Source of the DNA: a virus
Length of the DNA: 64,000 nt
IMG/VR virus record: IMGVR_UViG_3300031834_000002
Location: 25,805 to 89,804 of that record
Direction: 5' to 3' (one strand)
Below are positions 19,922 to 28,461 of the stretch, piece by piece (the first letter of the stretch is position 1; every line of letters begins with the position of its first letter). The notes beneath the pieces are model-generated. The model did no database searches, had not been told where the DNA came from, and saw nothing but the letters and a program-made list of their open reading frames with translations. A program made the translations under genes and the position numbers.

Positions 19922-22221
19922 CACAAACAGAATTATTATTAAAAGTAAAAGAATTATTAGATAAAAATAATATCTCTTTTTGGCTAATGGGAGGAACTTT
20001 ATTAGGAGCTGTTAGAGATAAAAGTTTTATAAAACATGATGACAAAGATATTGATATAGGACTTTATTCTAAAGACCAATGGAAAGTTAAAGAATTAATA
20101 GAAAATTCGGAATTTAAGTTTAAATATTGTTGGAGAAAAGAATTTGCAATTCATTATGGAGAAGAAGTTCATCCTCATTTAGATTTTTTCTTTCACGATA
20201 TAATAGATAATAGTGCTCATTGGTATTTTTATACTCCGAACCAATTTGATAAAATTTGGAATGTCGAAAATAGATTAACAATATCTAAAAAAATTTTAGA
20301 ACCTTTAAATACAATAGAATTCTTAAATACGACTTTTAAAGTTCCTAATAAAACAGAAGAATACTTAGTAAATTGTTATACTGAAAACTGGACAACTATT
20401 AATCCTGATTGGCATTATAGTCAAATACCTGCCTTTGAACCAGATTATCAACCAATTACTGCTATTGTTCCTTCTTTTTTAAGAGACGAATGTTTAGCAA
20501 AATTAGTTACTTCTTTTAGAAAATATTATCCTAAAATGCCTTTAATTATAGGCTATCAAGGGAAATCTCAAAATCCTATTATACCTGATGAATATACTAA
20601 AATTCTTGAATTACCATATGATTGTGGACTTTCTTGTTCCAGAAATTCTTTAGTAGCAGAAGTAAAAACTCCTATGACATGGCTTTTAGATGATGATTTT
20701 ATTATATCTCCCACTGCTAATATCTATAAAATGGCAGAAGTATTTGGTGCAGATAAAAATATAGGCATTGTTGCTGGAAGATTTCTACAAAATAATGAAA
20801 TATTTCCTTATGAAAAATTATTTGAATTTAGCGGAGATATGTTATTTGGAGTTTATTGGGAAGCCTTACATAAGGCTAAATTAGTTCATCTTTATAAATA
20901 TAATAGATTAGAATTTGGTTATGCTGATATTGTGCATAACTTTTTTATAGCTAAAACAAAAATATTAAAAAAATATACTTGGGATAATCGACATAAAGTG
21001 CATAGTGTAACCGAAGAAACTCCTGTTATTATTAAAGATGGGTTTAATAATATTAAAATTATACCTATAGAAAATTTAATGCCACAAAGTTATCAAACAT
21101 TAAAAAATAAAGAATGGAAAGTCAAAGGAAATATATCTATTTGGAGCGATATAGGATGGCAAAAAATAAAATATGTGTCTAAACATACTGTTAATAAAAA
21201 AATGTATAAAATTAAAACAGTAAAAGGATTTATCGAATGTTCTGAAAATCACAGTTTAATAATTAATAATAAAGAAGTAGAACCTAAAACTTTAAAATTG
21301 AATCAAACTATAGAACAACTAAATTTTCCAAAATTAAATAACGAAATAAAATTAAATAAATATTGGGCTTGGTTTTTAGGATTCTTTTTAGCAGAAGGGT
21401 GCTATAGAAAAAATTATATAAGTATCTCTAATCAAAATTTAAAACATCTTAAAAGATGTATGAAGGCATTAAATATGTTTGGAATCGAATATCATTTAGT
21501 AGATAAAAAACAACGAAAAGATAAATGTTATCAATTACAAATACATAATACTAAAATATATGCAGAATATTTTCGTAAATTTTATACTCCAAATTTTAAA
21601 ACTAAAACAATACCAAATTTTTTATTTAAAACAGATAAAAAATCTCGATATAATTTTATTAATGGATTTTTAAATGGAGATGGATATAAAAAAGGAAGAA
21701 AATATAGACATAATTATAGAACTTTTTCTTCTAAATATCTTAATGTTTTACAAGGAATTTCTTTTTTATTATCAGATTTTATAACTCATTATTGGTTTAA
21801 TATAGACCAAAATGAATTAGGTAAATGGTGGGTTTTTAACTTTTCATCTTCTAATTTTCCTTCTCATAAATCTGTAAATATTATTACTAAAATAGAGTCC
21901 TATAATGCAATCCAAATACCTTTATATGATATAGAAACCGAAAATCATCATTTTTGCGGAGGGATAGGAAATATTAACTTACATAATAGTGAACATTTAG
22001 ACTTTTTCTTAAATCTAAAAATAAATTCTAATGTAAAAGTTGCTTTTATTCCAAATCTTACAGTTATTCACGATAAACAGACAAACTCTGTATATAAAGA
22101 ACATAGAACAAGGCAATATTATGACTTAATTTATGAAAAGTATGGTTTAAGAATAGGATATAGTTTAGGAGAAAATAATATATTTAATTATAAAGAAAAT
22201 AGATTGGAAAAATTACCATGA
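19918..22221 (+). CDS. LicD domain fused to a GT-A (B4GALNT/GT12-like) glycosyltransferase, interrupted by an intein
   Basis: GGTLLGAVR...DDKDID; SFLR, SRN, LDDDF, VHNFFIAKT, EHLDFF. Confidence 0.88.
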   Translation: MTQTELLLKVKELLDKNNISFWLMGGTLLGAVRDKSFIKHDDKDIDIGLYSKDQWKVKELIENSEFKFKYCWRKEFAIHYGEEVHPHLDFFFHDIIDNSAHWYFYTPNQFDKIWNVENRLTISKKILEPLNTIEFLNTTFKVPNKTEEYLVNCYTENWTTINPDWHYSQIPAFEPDYQPITAIVPSFLRDECLAKLVTSFRKYYPKMPLIIGYQGKSQNPIIPDEYTKILELPYDCGLSCSRNSLVAEVKTPMTWLLDDDFIISPTANIYKMAEVFGADKNIGIVAGRFLQNNEIFPYEKLFEFSGDMLFGVYWEALHKAKLVHLYKYNRLEFGYADIVHNFFIAKTKILKKYTWDNRHKVHSVTEETPVIIKDGFNNIKIIPIENLMPQSYQTLKNKEWKVKGNISIWSDIGWQKIKYVSKHTVNKKMYKIKTVKGFIECSENHSLIINNKEVEPKTLKLNQTIEQLNFPKLNNEIKLNKYWAWFLGFFLAEGCYRKNYISISNQNLKHLKRCMKALNMFGIEYHLVDKKQRKDKCYQLQIHNTKIYAEYFRKFYTPNFKTKTIPNFLFKTDKKSRYNFINGFLNGDGYKKGRKYRHNYRTFSSKYLNVLQGISFLLSDFITHYWFNIDQNELGKWWVFNFSSSNFPSHKSVNIITKIESYNAIQIPLYDIETENHHFCGGIGNINLHNSEHLDFFLNLKINSNVKVAFIPNLTVIHDKQTNSVYKEHRTRQYYDLIYEKYGLRIGYSLGENNIFNYKENRLEKLP
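21004..21987 (+). mobile_element. intein (328 aa) with LAGLIDADG endonuclease
   Basis: starts SVTEETPVII; block B CSENHSL; LGFFLAEG and INGFLNGDG; block F LYDIETENHHF; ends HN followed by Ser. Confidence 0.92.
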
Positions 22222-23561
22222 AAATTAAATTTAATAAAGAAGTGGCTATTGGAATAACTACATTTCTTCGCAATGCTTCGTTATATAAACTTATCGAATC
22301 TATATGCGAATATTTGCCAGATATTAAAATGTATATAGTAGACCAAAATATATCCACTAAATTTAAAAAAGCTTTATATGAAGGATTAAAAACTCAAGGA
22401 CATGTCATCAAAAGTATTGAATACGATTGCGGAATAAGCAATGCAAGAAAAATACTTAAAAATTTAGTAAAAGAACCTTTTATAGCTTGGATGCAAGATG
22501 ATTTTACTATTACTCCTAAAACTAATTTAATGAATATGGTAAATATTTTAAAATCTAACCCCAAACTTGGTGTAGTAGGAGGAAGAATAGAAGGGTCTCC
22601 TATAGCAGGAAGTTATAGTTATTATTTTCTAAGATGGGGAGATGGGCTTTTTTATTTACCTGTAAGCCATTGTTTAGAAAAAGGAATTATTCAATGGCAA
22701 AAAACTCCTGAAGGACTTTCGTATGTTCCTGCTGATATAGTATCAGAATTTACAGTTTGGAAAAAAGAAGTTCCTAATATTTTCGATGAAAAAGTTAAAG
22801 TTATAGAACATTCTCATGTTTATTTACTTTTAAAATATAATACTAAATGGCAAGTTGCTTATACTCCTGATTCTGAAATCATACATTGGCATGATAGAAA
22901 TGAACCTGCCTATACTAAATTTAGAAGTAGAAAAGAAGATATAGACTACATTCAAAAATATTGGAATATAACAGAATGGGTAAAATTCGATGTTAATAAA
23001 TATAAATTTTTACTTGAACATATTAATTATCATATTCCTATAACAAATAATAGAATATTAAAGAACGAATCTATTCCATTAATACCAAAAGATTCTCTCA
23101 AAGAAAAAATTGAAAAAGATAATCAAACTTTACAAACTCTTTCTACTGATATTACTATTAGTCCTTCTCTTAATATGATTAATGCTGAAATTTATGATAT
23201 ATTTAATGAATTTATTTCTATTATGAATAATTTTGATAAAAATTGTTTTTTAAGAGAGCAAACTTGTTGGGAAGCTGTAGTAAAACATTCTATTATTACT
23301 TCTCCTTTGTATATATCTATTCCTAAATTGAATCAATACGAATTACAATGTCTAATTAATAAAGGATTTAATTATATTGAATCAAATAATACCTTTACTA
23401 AAAATAATTATTCTATAATTGTAGATTATAAATTACCTCAAAATTTTAAAATCGTAACTGTCGAAAATGGTAAATATTTAGTGCCTTTTCCTGTCCATCC
23501 ATATTTAAAACGATTATATGGACAAGATTGGAAAGAATTAGGTAATAAAAATGGGAACTAA
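22218..23561 (+). CDS. GT-A glycosyltransferase with a degenerate C-terminal LicD-like domain
   Basis: TTFLR, YDCG, QDDF, IEH; C-terminal VPFPVHPYLKRLYGQDW. Confidence 0.8.
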   Translation: MKIKFNKEVAIGITTFLRNASLYKLIESICEYLPDIKMYIVDQNISTKFKKALYEGLKTQGHVIKSIEYDCGISNARKILKNLVKEPFIAWMQDDFTITPKTNLMNMVNILKSNPKLGVVGGRIEGSPIAGSYSYYFLRWGDGLFYLPVSHCLEKGIIQWQKTPEGLSYVPADIVSEFTVWKKEVPNIFDEKVKVIEHSHVYLLLKYNTKWQVAYTPDSEIIHWHDRNEPAYTKFRSRKEDIDYIQKYWNITEWVKFDVNKYKFLLEHINYHIPITNNRILKNESIPLIPKDSLKEKIEKDNQTLQTLSTDITISPSLNMINAEIYDIFNEFISIMNNFDKNCFLREQTCWEAVVKHSIITSPLYISIPKLNQYELQCLINKGFNYIESNNTFTKNNYSIIVDYKLPQNFKIVTVENGKYLVPFPVHPYLKRLYGQDWKELGNKNGN

Positions 23562-24405
23562 AATAGGAATTATAGTTACAACTTTCTTACGCAATTCTTT
23601 ATTAGAACGAATTATTGGTTCTATTTTAGCCAATTGGAAAGATGAATATATCCTCTTTATAGGTAATCAGGGGATTTTAGACGAAAATCATCTTAAATAC
23701 CTTCAAAATGCCCTTAATTTACAGGGGTTTAAGGCAGAGAATTCAATAATTAACGATATTACAGGACAATCTACCAAAAAAGCGAAAATAGATGGTTTAT
23801 TAGCATATAATGACAAAATTAAGTATTATAGATTGTCTTATGATTGTGGACTTAGTTATGCTCGTAATTTCTTAGTGCAAGAAGCAAATAAAGTAGGATG
23901 TAATTATATTTTTCTTACCGCAGATAGTTATGAATTTAAAGATTATAATTTAGAACCAATAATAGAATTTTTAGAATCCGATGATAAAAATGGTTTAGTA
24001 GGATTTATTGAAGATGAAAAAAAAGACCCCTATTGGAGTTGGGATTTAGAACTTGTTCCTAATCAACATTTTTTATTAAAAAGACCTAAACAACCTATAA
24101 TAGAATTTAAAGAACTTAAATTTCAACCTTGCAATGTAACCCAAAATTTTTATTTAGCAAAAACTAAAATGCTATTAGATGTTCCTCATGATAATGATTT
24201 GAAATTATGTGAACATGAAGATATAATGTATCGTTTTAAATTAGCTGGTTATAAGGTCTTTTTTAATGATTCGATTCATTGTAAATATATTAACCAAAAA
24301 CCAAACGAATATTCTGAAAAAAGACAAAGAATCTATAATGAATTTAAAAAGAAATTACAAGAAAAATATCATATTAAAGGATGGATAAGAATAGATAGAA
24401 GTTAA
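23551..24405 (+). CDS. GT-A glycosyltransferase
   Basis: TTFLR, YDCGLSYARN, QNFYLAKT, CEHED. Confidence 0.82.
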   Translation: MGTKIGIIVTTFLRNSLLERIIGSILANWKDEYILFIGNQGILDENHLKYLQNALNLQGFKAENSIINDITGQSTKKAKIDGLLAYNDKIKYYRLSYDCGLSYARNFLVQEANKVGCNYIFLTADSYEFKDYNLEPIIEFLESDDKNGLVGFIEDEKKDPYWSWDLELVPNQHFLLKRPKQPIIEFKELKFQPCNVTQNFYLAKTKMLLDVPHDNDLKLCEHEDIMYRFKLAGYKVFFNDSIHCKYINQKPNEYSEKRQRIYNEFKKKLQEKYHIKGWIRIDRS

Positions 24406-24458
24406 AATTACCATACTATATATAAAACTATACATGTTGTTAGGTAACTAAAAATACT

Positions 24459-25163
24459 ATGGAAAATAAATCCAATCAATTAATAATTTTAGGAGGTGGT
24501 TCAAGTATTTCAGAAGGTTTATCTTTTGGGCTTTGGGATAAACTAAAAGGGCATTTTGTTATCGGAACTAATTACAGCTACAAATTCTACGAAGCAACCT
24601 TACAAACATATGTAGATAGCACCTTCTACACTCAAAATTTCGAAGATATAAAAAAATTGCCCTTGATAATAGGACAAGGACGACATATAGATATGAAAAA
24701 TAGACCAGAAAATTCTTTTGTTATTTCTACAAATCATATATATAATAGAGATTTAAAAGATGGAGTTTATAGTGCAATGCTTGTAGGGTTATACTCTCTT
24801 TCTTTAGGTATTTATTTATTAGATTTTGGAGAAATTTATTTATTAGGTTTTGACTATGGTAATATAGATAATAAAGTCGATGACAAAAAAAGAAAAATTA
24901 CTCATTTTTATCAAAGTCAAATCAATCATCGTGGTATTGGAAAAACAAGTTGGTATGATGCAAAAAATCGTGCAGACAAGGATTTTGGAGTTTATTCTTC
25001 CGAAAAACAATGTAAAATTTATAATGTTTCTCCATTATCAAAAATAAATATCTTTGAAAAAATTTCATATGAACAATTCTTTATGAAATTAGATAATAAA
25101 ACTTTTGACCAAAATGAATTGAGGAATTATGTTAAGGAACAACTTAAAAACAAAATTAAGTAA
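24459..25163 (+). CDS. Maf/DUF115/GT42-like transferase
   Basis: IILGGGSS, IGTN, IYLLGFDY, HFY, IYNVS. Confidence 0.7.
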   Translation: MENKSNQLIILGGGSSISEGLSFGLWDKLKGHFVIGTNYSYKFYEATLQTYVDSTFYTQNFEDIKKLPLIIGQGRHIDMKNRPENSFVISTNHIYNRDLKDGVYSAMLVGLYSLSLGIYLLDFGEIYLLGFDYGNIDNKVDDKKRKITHFYQSQINHRGIGKTSWYDAKNRADKDFGVYSSEKQCKIYNVSPLSKINIFEKISYEQFFMKLDNKTFDQNELRNYVKEQLKNKIK

Positions 25164-25665
25164 TCTTATTTTCGGAGGGATAATTGGAGGCATTTTAGGT
25201 GCGTTGGGAGGAACAGATAATTCATCTAAAATCTTTCGTAGAATTTCTTTACCTCTATTTCTTGCTGGAACTGCATGGAATCATTTACACCATTGGTATA
25301 TATTTAGTATATTATTGCTAATTCCTATTTTTAGTATAGGATATGGAATCCCTTCAAAAGATGATAAAGGCAGTTGGTTAGGTAGGTCTTTTTATGCCTT
25401 ATTTGGTCATAATATGCCATTAGCGAACATATTTACAAGGGGAACGATAGGATGTCTTATTTCCCTTGTTTTAGCCCCCATAGCATTATTAAAGGGCGAT
25501 TTAGTGGTATATTTGATAGGTTGTCTCGTTATTATAGTAGTTTTTGCGACATTATCTTGGAAAGACTTAGGAGGATTTGAATTTCAAGGAAAAAGGCTAC
25601 TTTGGAGCGAATTTACCCCTTATTTCGTAGTATCTATTATTATATTACTTTTAATCTATTTTTAA
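25129..25665 (+). CDS. multi-pass membrane protein
   Basis: several hydrophobic segments. Confidence 0.7.
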   Translation: MLRNNLKTKLSNLIFGGIIGGILGALGGTDNSSKIFRRISLPLFLAGTAWNHLHHWYIFSILLLIPIFSIGYGIPSKDDKGSWLGRSFYALFGHNMPLANIFTRGTIGCLISLVLAPIALLKGDLVVYLIGCLVIIVVFATLSWKDLGGFEFQGKRLLWSEFTPYFVVSIIILLLIYF

Positions 25666-25671
25666 ATAATA

Positions 25672-27285
25672 TTAATCATTTGTAAAATTGACTATAACTG
25701 ATTCTAAATCGCTCTCCATATACGAAAAAATATGTTCGAATACTGTTAGCGAACAATAAGAACGTAAATTTATACCAGACAAAACAAATCCTTTAGAACC
25801 AAGTTCTCCATTATAATATTTAATTGCATCTGGAAATGCTATCATTAAATCATCGTAACAATTTCTTAATAAATTAATTTTTGACATTGAGTTATAATCG
25901 AAAGGTTGTGACCAAGCGCTAATAACTGAAAATCTTATAAAACCTCCTCCATCAATATAACCTAATGGGGTATCATATCTAATTCTTACTTCTATAGAAG
26001 GGTCGTCAAGAGAACTATAAATAGTATCTATACAATGAAAAGTATCGCCAAGAAAAAGATTACTATCTACATGAAAAGCATTTTCAGAAGTTACTGCAAA
26101 TAAACGGAGTTGCGATTTGGTATTAATTTTCAATAAAGGGGTAATTAATGTTGTCGGATACCCTTTTGTATATATTTGCATTTCTTCATAATAAGTTCCT
26201 ATATCATCAGTTTCTATATGAGTAGTTCCTAATAAAATTCCATGTAAACGTTTTACATTACTATAAGAAGTCCATTTAGAAGGAATTATTGACCCTATTA
26301 TGCTGGTTATCCAAAAATGTTCTGTTGATTGTCCAATTTGACCTTGAATAATTGGAGTATTAAAATCAATAATACCTTGTTTATCAATCAAAATATCTTT
26401 TTGTGATTGGTCTATCCAAAATATAGATTGACACCATGAAGTTATCATCATTAAAAATTTTCTTAAATCTTCTATATGCATATCTTTAATTTGATATTTT
26501 CCATTTTCAGCAGTTAAACCTAAATCTATCCAATCCATTTGATGTAGAATTTTTCTTTCTATGCCTTCTTCGTCATAATTAAAATAATCTTCTTTTGTTT
26601 GTCCTGTGATTTCTAATATTTTTTCTGTAGATTCTCGTAATTCTGCTATATGTTTTTTATTTATAATCCAATAACCATATTCGTCAGATTGCACTTTTGA
26701 AAATTCTGTTCTATCGACTTCTATAATACCGCTATCTATTTCTTGTTGTATGCGAATATCCTGTAATTCTTTTATATGAATAGCTTTAATCCTTAAAAAT
26801 CCTTTATAATAAGTTTGTAAAGTATTCTCAAATTGATTAGTATATATATTCAATTTTTTATTTATACCACTTTTTGTTAAAATAGAATCATCTTGCCATG
26901 TTCCTAATTTACTGAAGCATTTAGGGCAACGGTCGATATAAAGAATTTCTTCTTGTGGCGGAGGATTAGCTACCACAGGTATCAGAGTTTGAGTTTCTTC
27001 TGCAATCATACTGATAATTTCCTCGTTGACTCCTACATAAGTTCTATCGATATATCGAATACAACTTTTTATTTTTTCTTCAGTTTGGGTAATATTAACC
27101 GCAATAGTGGTTATTATGGGTTCTTCTTCTTCTTTAGTATATATTATCTTCTCAGTTGAAATATTTATTGCAGTAGTAGATATTGCTTTAGTTAAATCTA
27201 CAATTGGTAAAGGAATAGGGACAGGCATTGGAAAATTAGGGAGAGGTATTAAAGGCATGTAAATTTCCTCCTTCTGTTCCTGCAT
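25672..27285 (-). CDS. tail-tip-associated protein
   Basis: last gene of the tail module; repeated IKxxHIxELR motif; true start may be the downstream MPLIP Met. Confidence 0.55.
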   Translation of the reverse strand: MQEQKEEIYMPLIPLPNFPMPVPIPLPIVDLTKAISTTAINISTEKIIYTKEEEEPIITTIAVNITQTEEKIKSCIRYIDRTYVGVNEEIISMIAEETQTLIPVVANPPPQEEILYIDRCPKCFSKLGTWQDDSILTKSGINKKLNIYTNQFENTLQTYYKGFLRIKAIHIKELQDIRIQQEIDSGIIEVDRTEFSKVQSDEYGYWIINKKHIAELRESTEKILEITGQTKEDYFNYDEEGIERKILHQMDWIDLGLTAENGKYQIKDMHIEDLRKFLMMITSWCQSIFWIDQSQKDILIDKQGIIDFNTPIIQGQIGQSTEHFWITSIIGSIIPSKWTSYSNVKRLHGILLGTTHIETDDIGTYYEEMQIYTKGYPTTLITPLLKINTKSQLRLFAVTSENAFHVDSNLFLGDTFHCIDTIYSSLDDPSIEVRIRYDTPLGYIDGGGFIRFSVISAWSQPFDYNSMSKINLLRNCYDDLMIAFPDAIKYYNGELGSKGFVLSGINLRSYCSLTVFEHIFSYMESDLESVIVNFTND

Positions 27286-27763
27286 ATAAAATATTATTAT
27301 TTACTAACATACAATTAATTTGTTCTCCTAAATTTAAAACTTCAGTAAAAATAATTTCATTCCATTCGTATATTTTACCACTTAAAGAACTGACATAAAT
27401 TTTATTATCAAAAGTAATCATGTCAGTGGGTCGTTCTGGAATAAAAGATTTATAAACATTTGAAATTTTATCATATTCATATAATTTGCCATTGTAATCA
27501 ATAGAAAATAAATTTATATTTACTGTTAAAGCCACAACTTTATCTGTTATATTACAAATAGAAATTAAAGAATCATTTAAAAATTTATAAATCAAACCTG
27601 CATTATCACTAACATAAAGGTCAGAATCATAAATTGCATTATCTGTAATTTCTGTTCCATTTGTAGCACCAACAAAAATTAAGTTATCTACATCATCGAA
27701 CATATACATTCTTCCTGTTGAAGAAAATCCATATAATTTGTTATTAAATGTAATTAATTTCAT
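27236..27763 (-). CDS. small beta-propeller-like protein
   Basis: repeats of F(N/D)NKLY...G.(M/I/L)Y. Confidence 0.6.
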   Translation of the reverse strand: MKLITFNNKLYGFSSTGRMYMFDDVDNLIFVGATNGTEITDNAIYDSDLYVSDNAGLIYKFLNDSLISICNITDKVVALTVNINLFSIDYNGKLYEYDKISNVYKSFIPERPTDMITFDNKIYVSSLSGKIYEWNEIIFTEVLNLGEQINCMLVNNNILYAGTEGGNLHAFNTSP

Positions 27764-27772
27764 ATTTTCCTT

Positions 27773-28459
27773 TTATTCGCTATAAACTGCAAAAAATCTC
27801 CAAACTTGTGAACTTTTATCCCATATGATATTTGTTTTAGAATTACTTTCATTTTGTAAAAGACTTCTTTTTTCCTGTCCTTTACTATCAAGTGCTATAT
27901 TACCATCTTCATCTCTTTCTACAAAATAACATTTTTTAATATCTATTTCGTATGCAGTAGTTCCCCATTTTTGTGTATCTGCATTAAATATTAAGTCTAA
28001 TAATCCTATTTTTTCTACATTCTCTTGCTTAGAATTTTGCATTTTTTTAATTTTCGGATAAGTTTTCCAAAGAGATTGACAATCTTTATTAAAAGTTATA
28101 TTTTCTTCCCAATCTATATCATATTCTATAATTTCTAAAGTATTTATATCCAATGCTCCTCCAGAAAAACGAGAATGAGAATGACGATTATAACCTTTAG
28201 TAGAGTCAGATGGTTTTGTTCCATAAGGAGGAAAGGTTAATTCTACATCATTCCATATAATCGAACCAGCTAAAGCTTGTGATAGTCCTGTAGAAATATC
28301 AATTGCCCTTTGTTGACTATGGTCTTTAATACCTCCTGATTTTGAATATGGAGTAATTGCTTTTTCTTCTACGTTATTTGAAATATCTTCTAATTTAGAT
28401 GTTAAAAGTTTTATTTCTTGTTCTAATTCTTCTATTCTTCCATTTAAAGTTTGTTCCAT
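27773..28459 (-). CDS. tail-associated hypothetical protein
   Basis: position in tail module; N-terminal coiled coil. Confidence 0.55.
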   Translation of the reverse strand: MEQTLNGRIEELEQEIKLLTSKLEDISNNVEEKAITPYSKSGGIKDHSQQRAIDISTGLSQALAGSIIWNDVELTFPPYGTKPSDSTKGYNRHSHSRFSGGALDINTLEIIEYDIDWEENITFNKDCQSLWKTYPKIKKMQNSKQENVEKIGLLDLIFNADTQKWGTTAYEIDIKKCYFVERDEDGNIALDSKGQEKRSLLQNESNSKTNIIWDKSSQVWRFFAVYSE

Positions 28460-28461
28460 AC

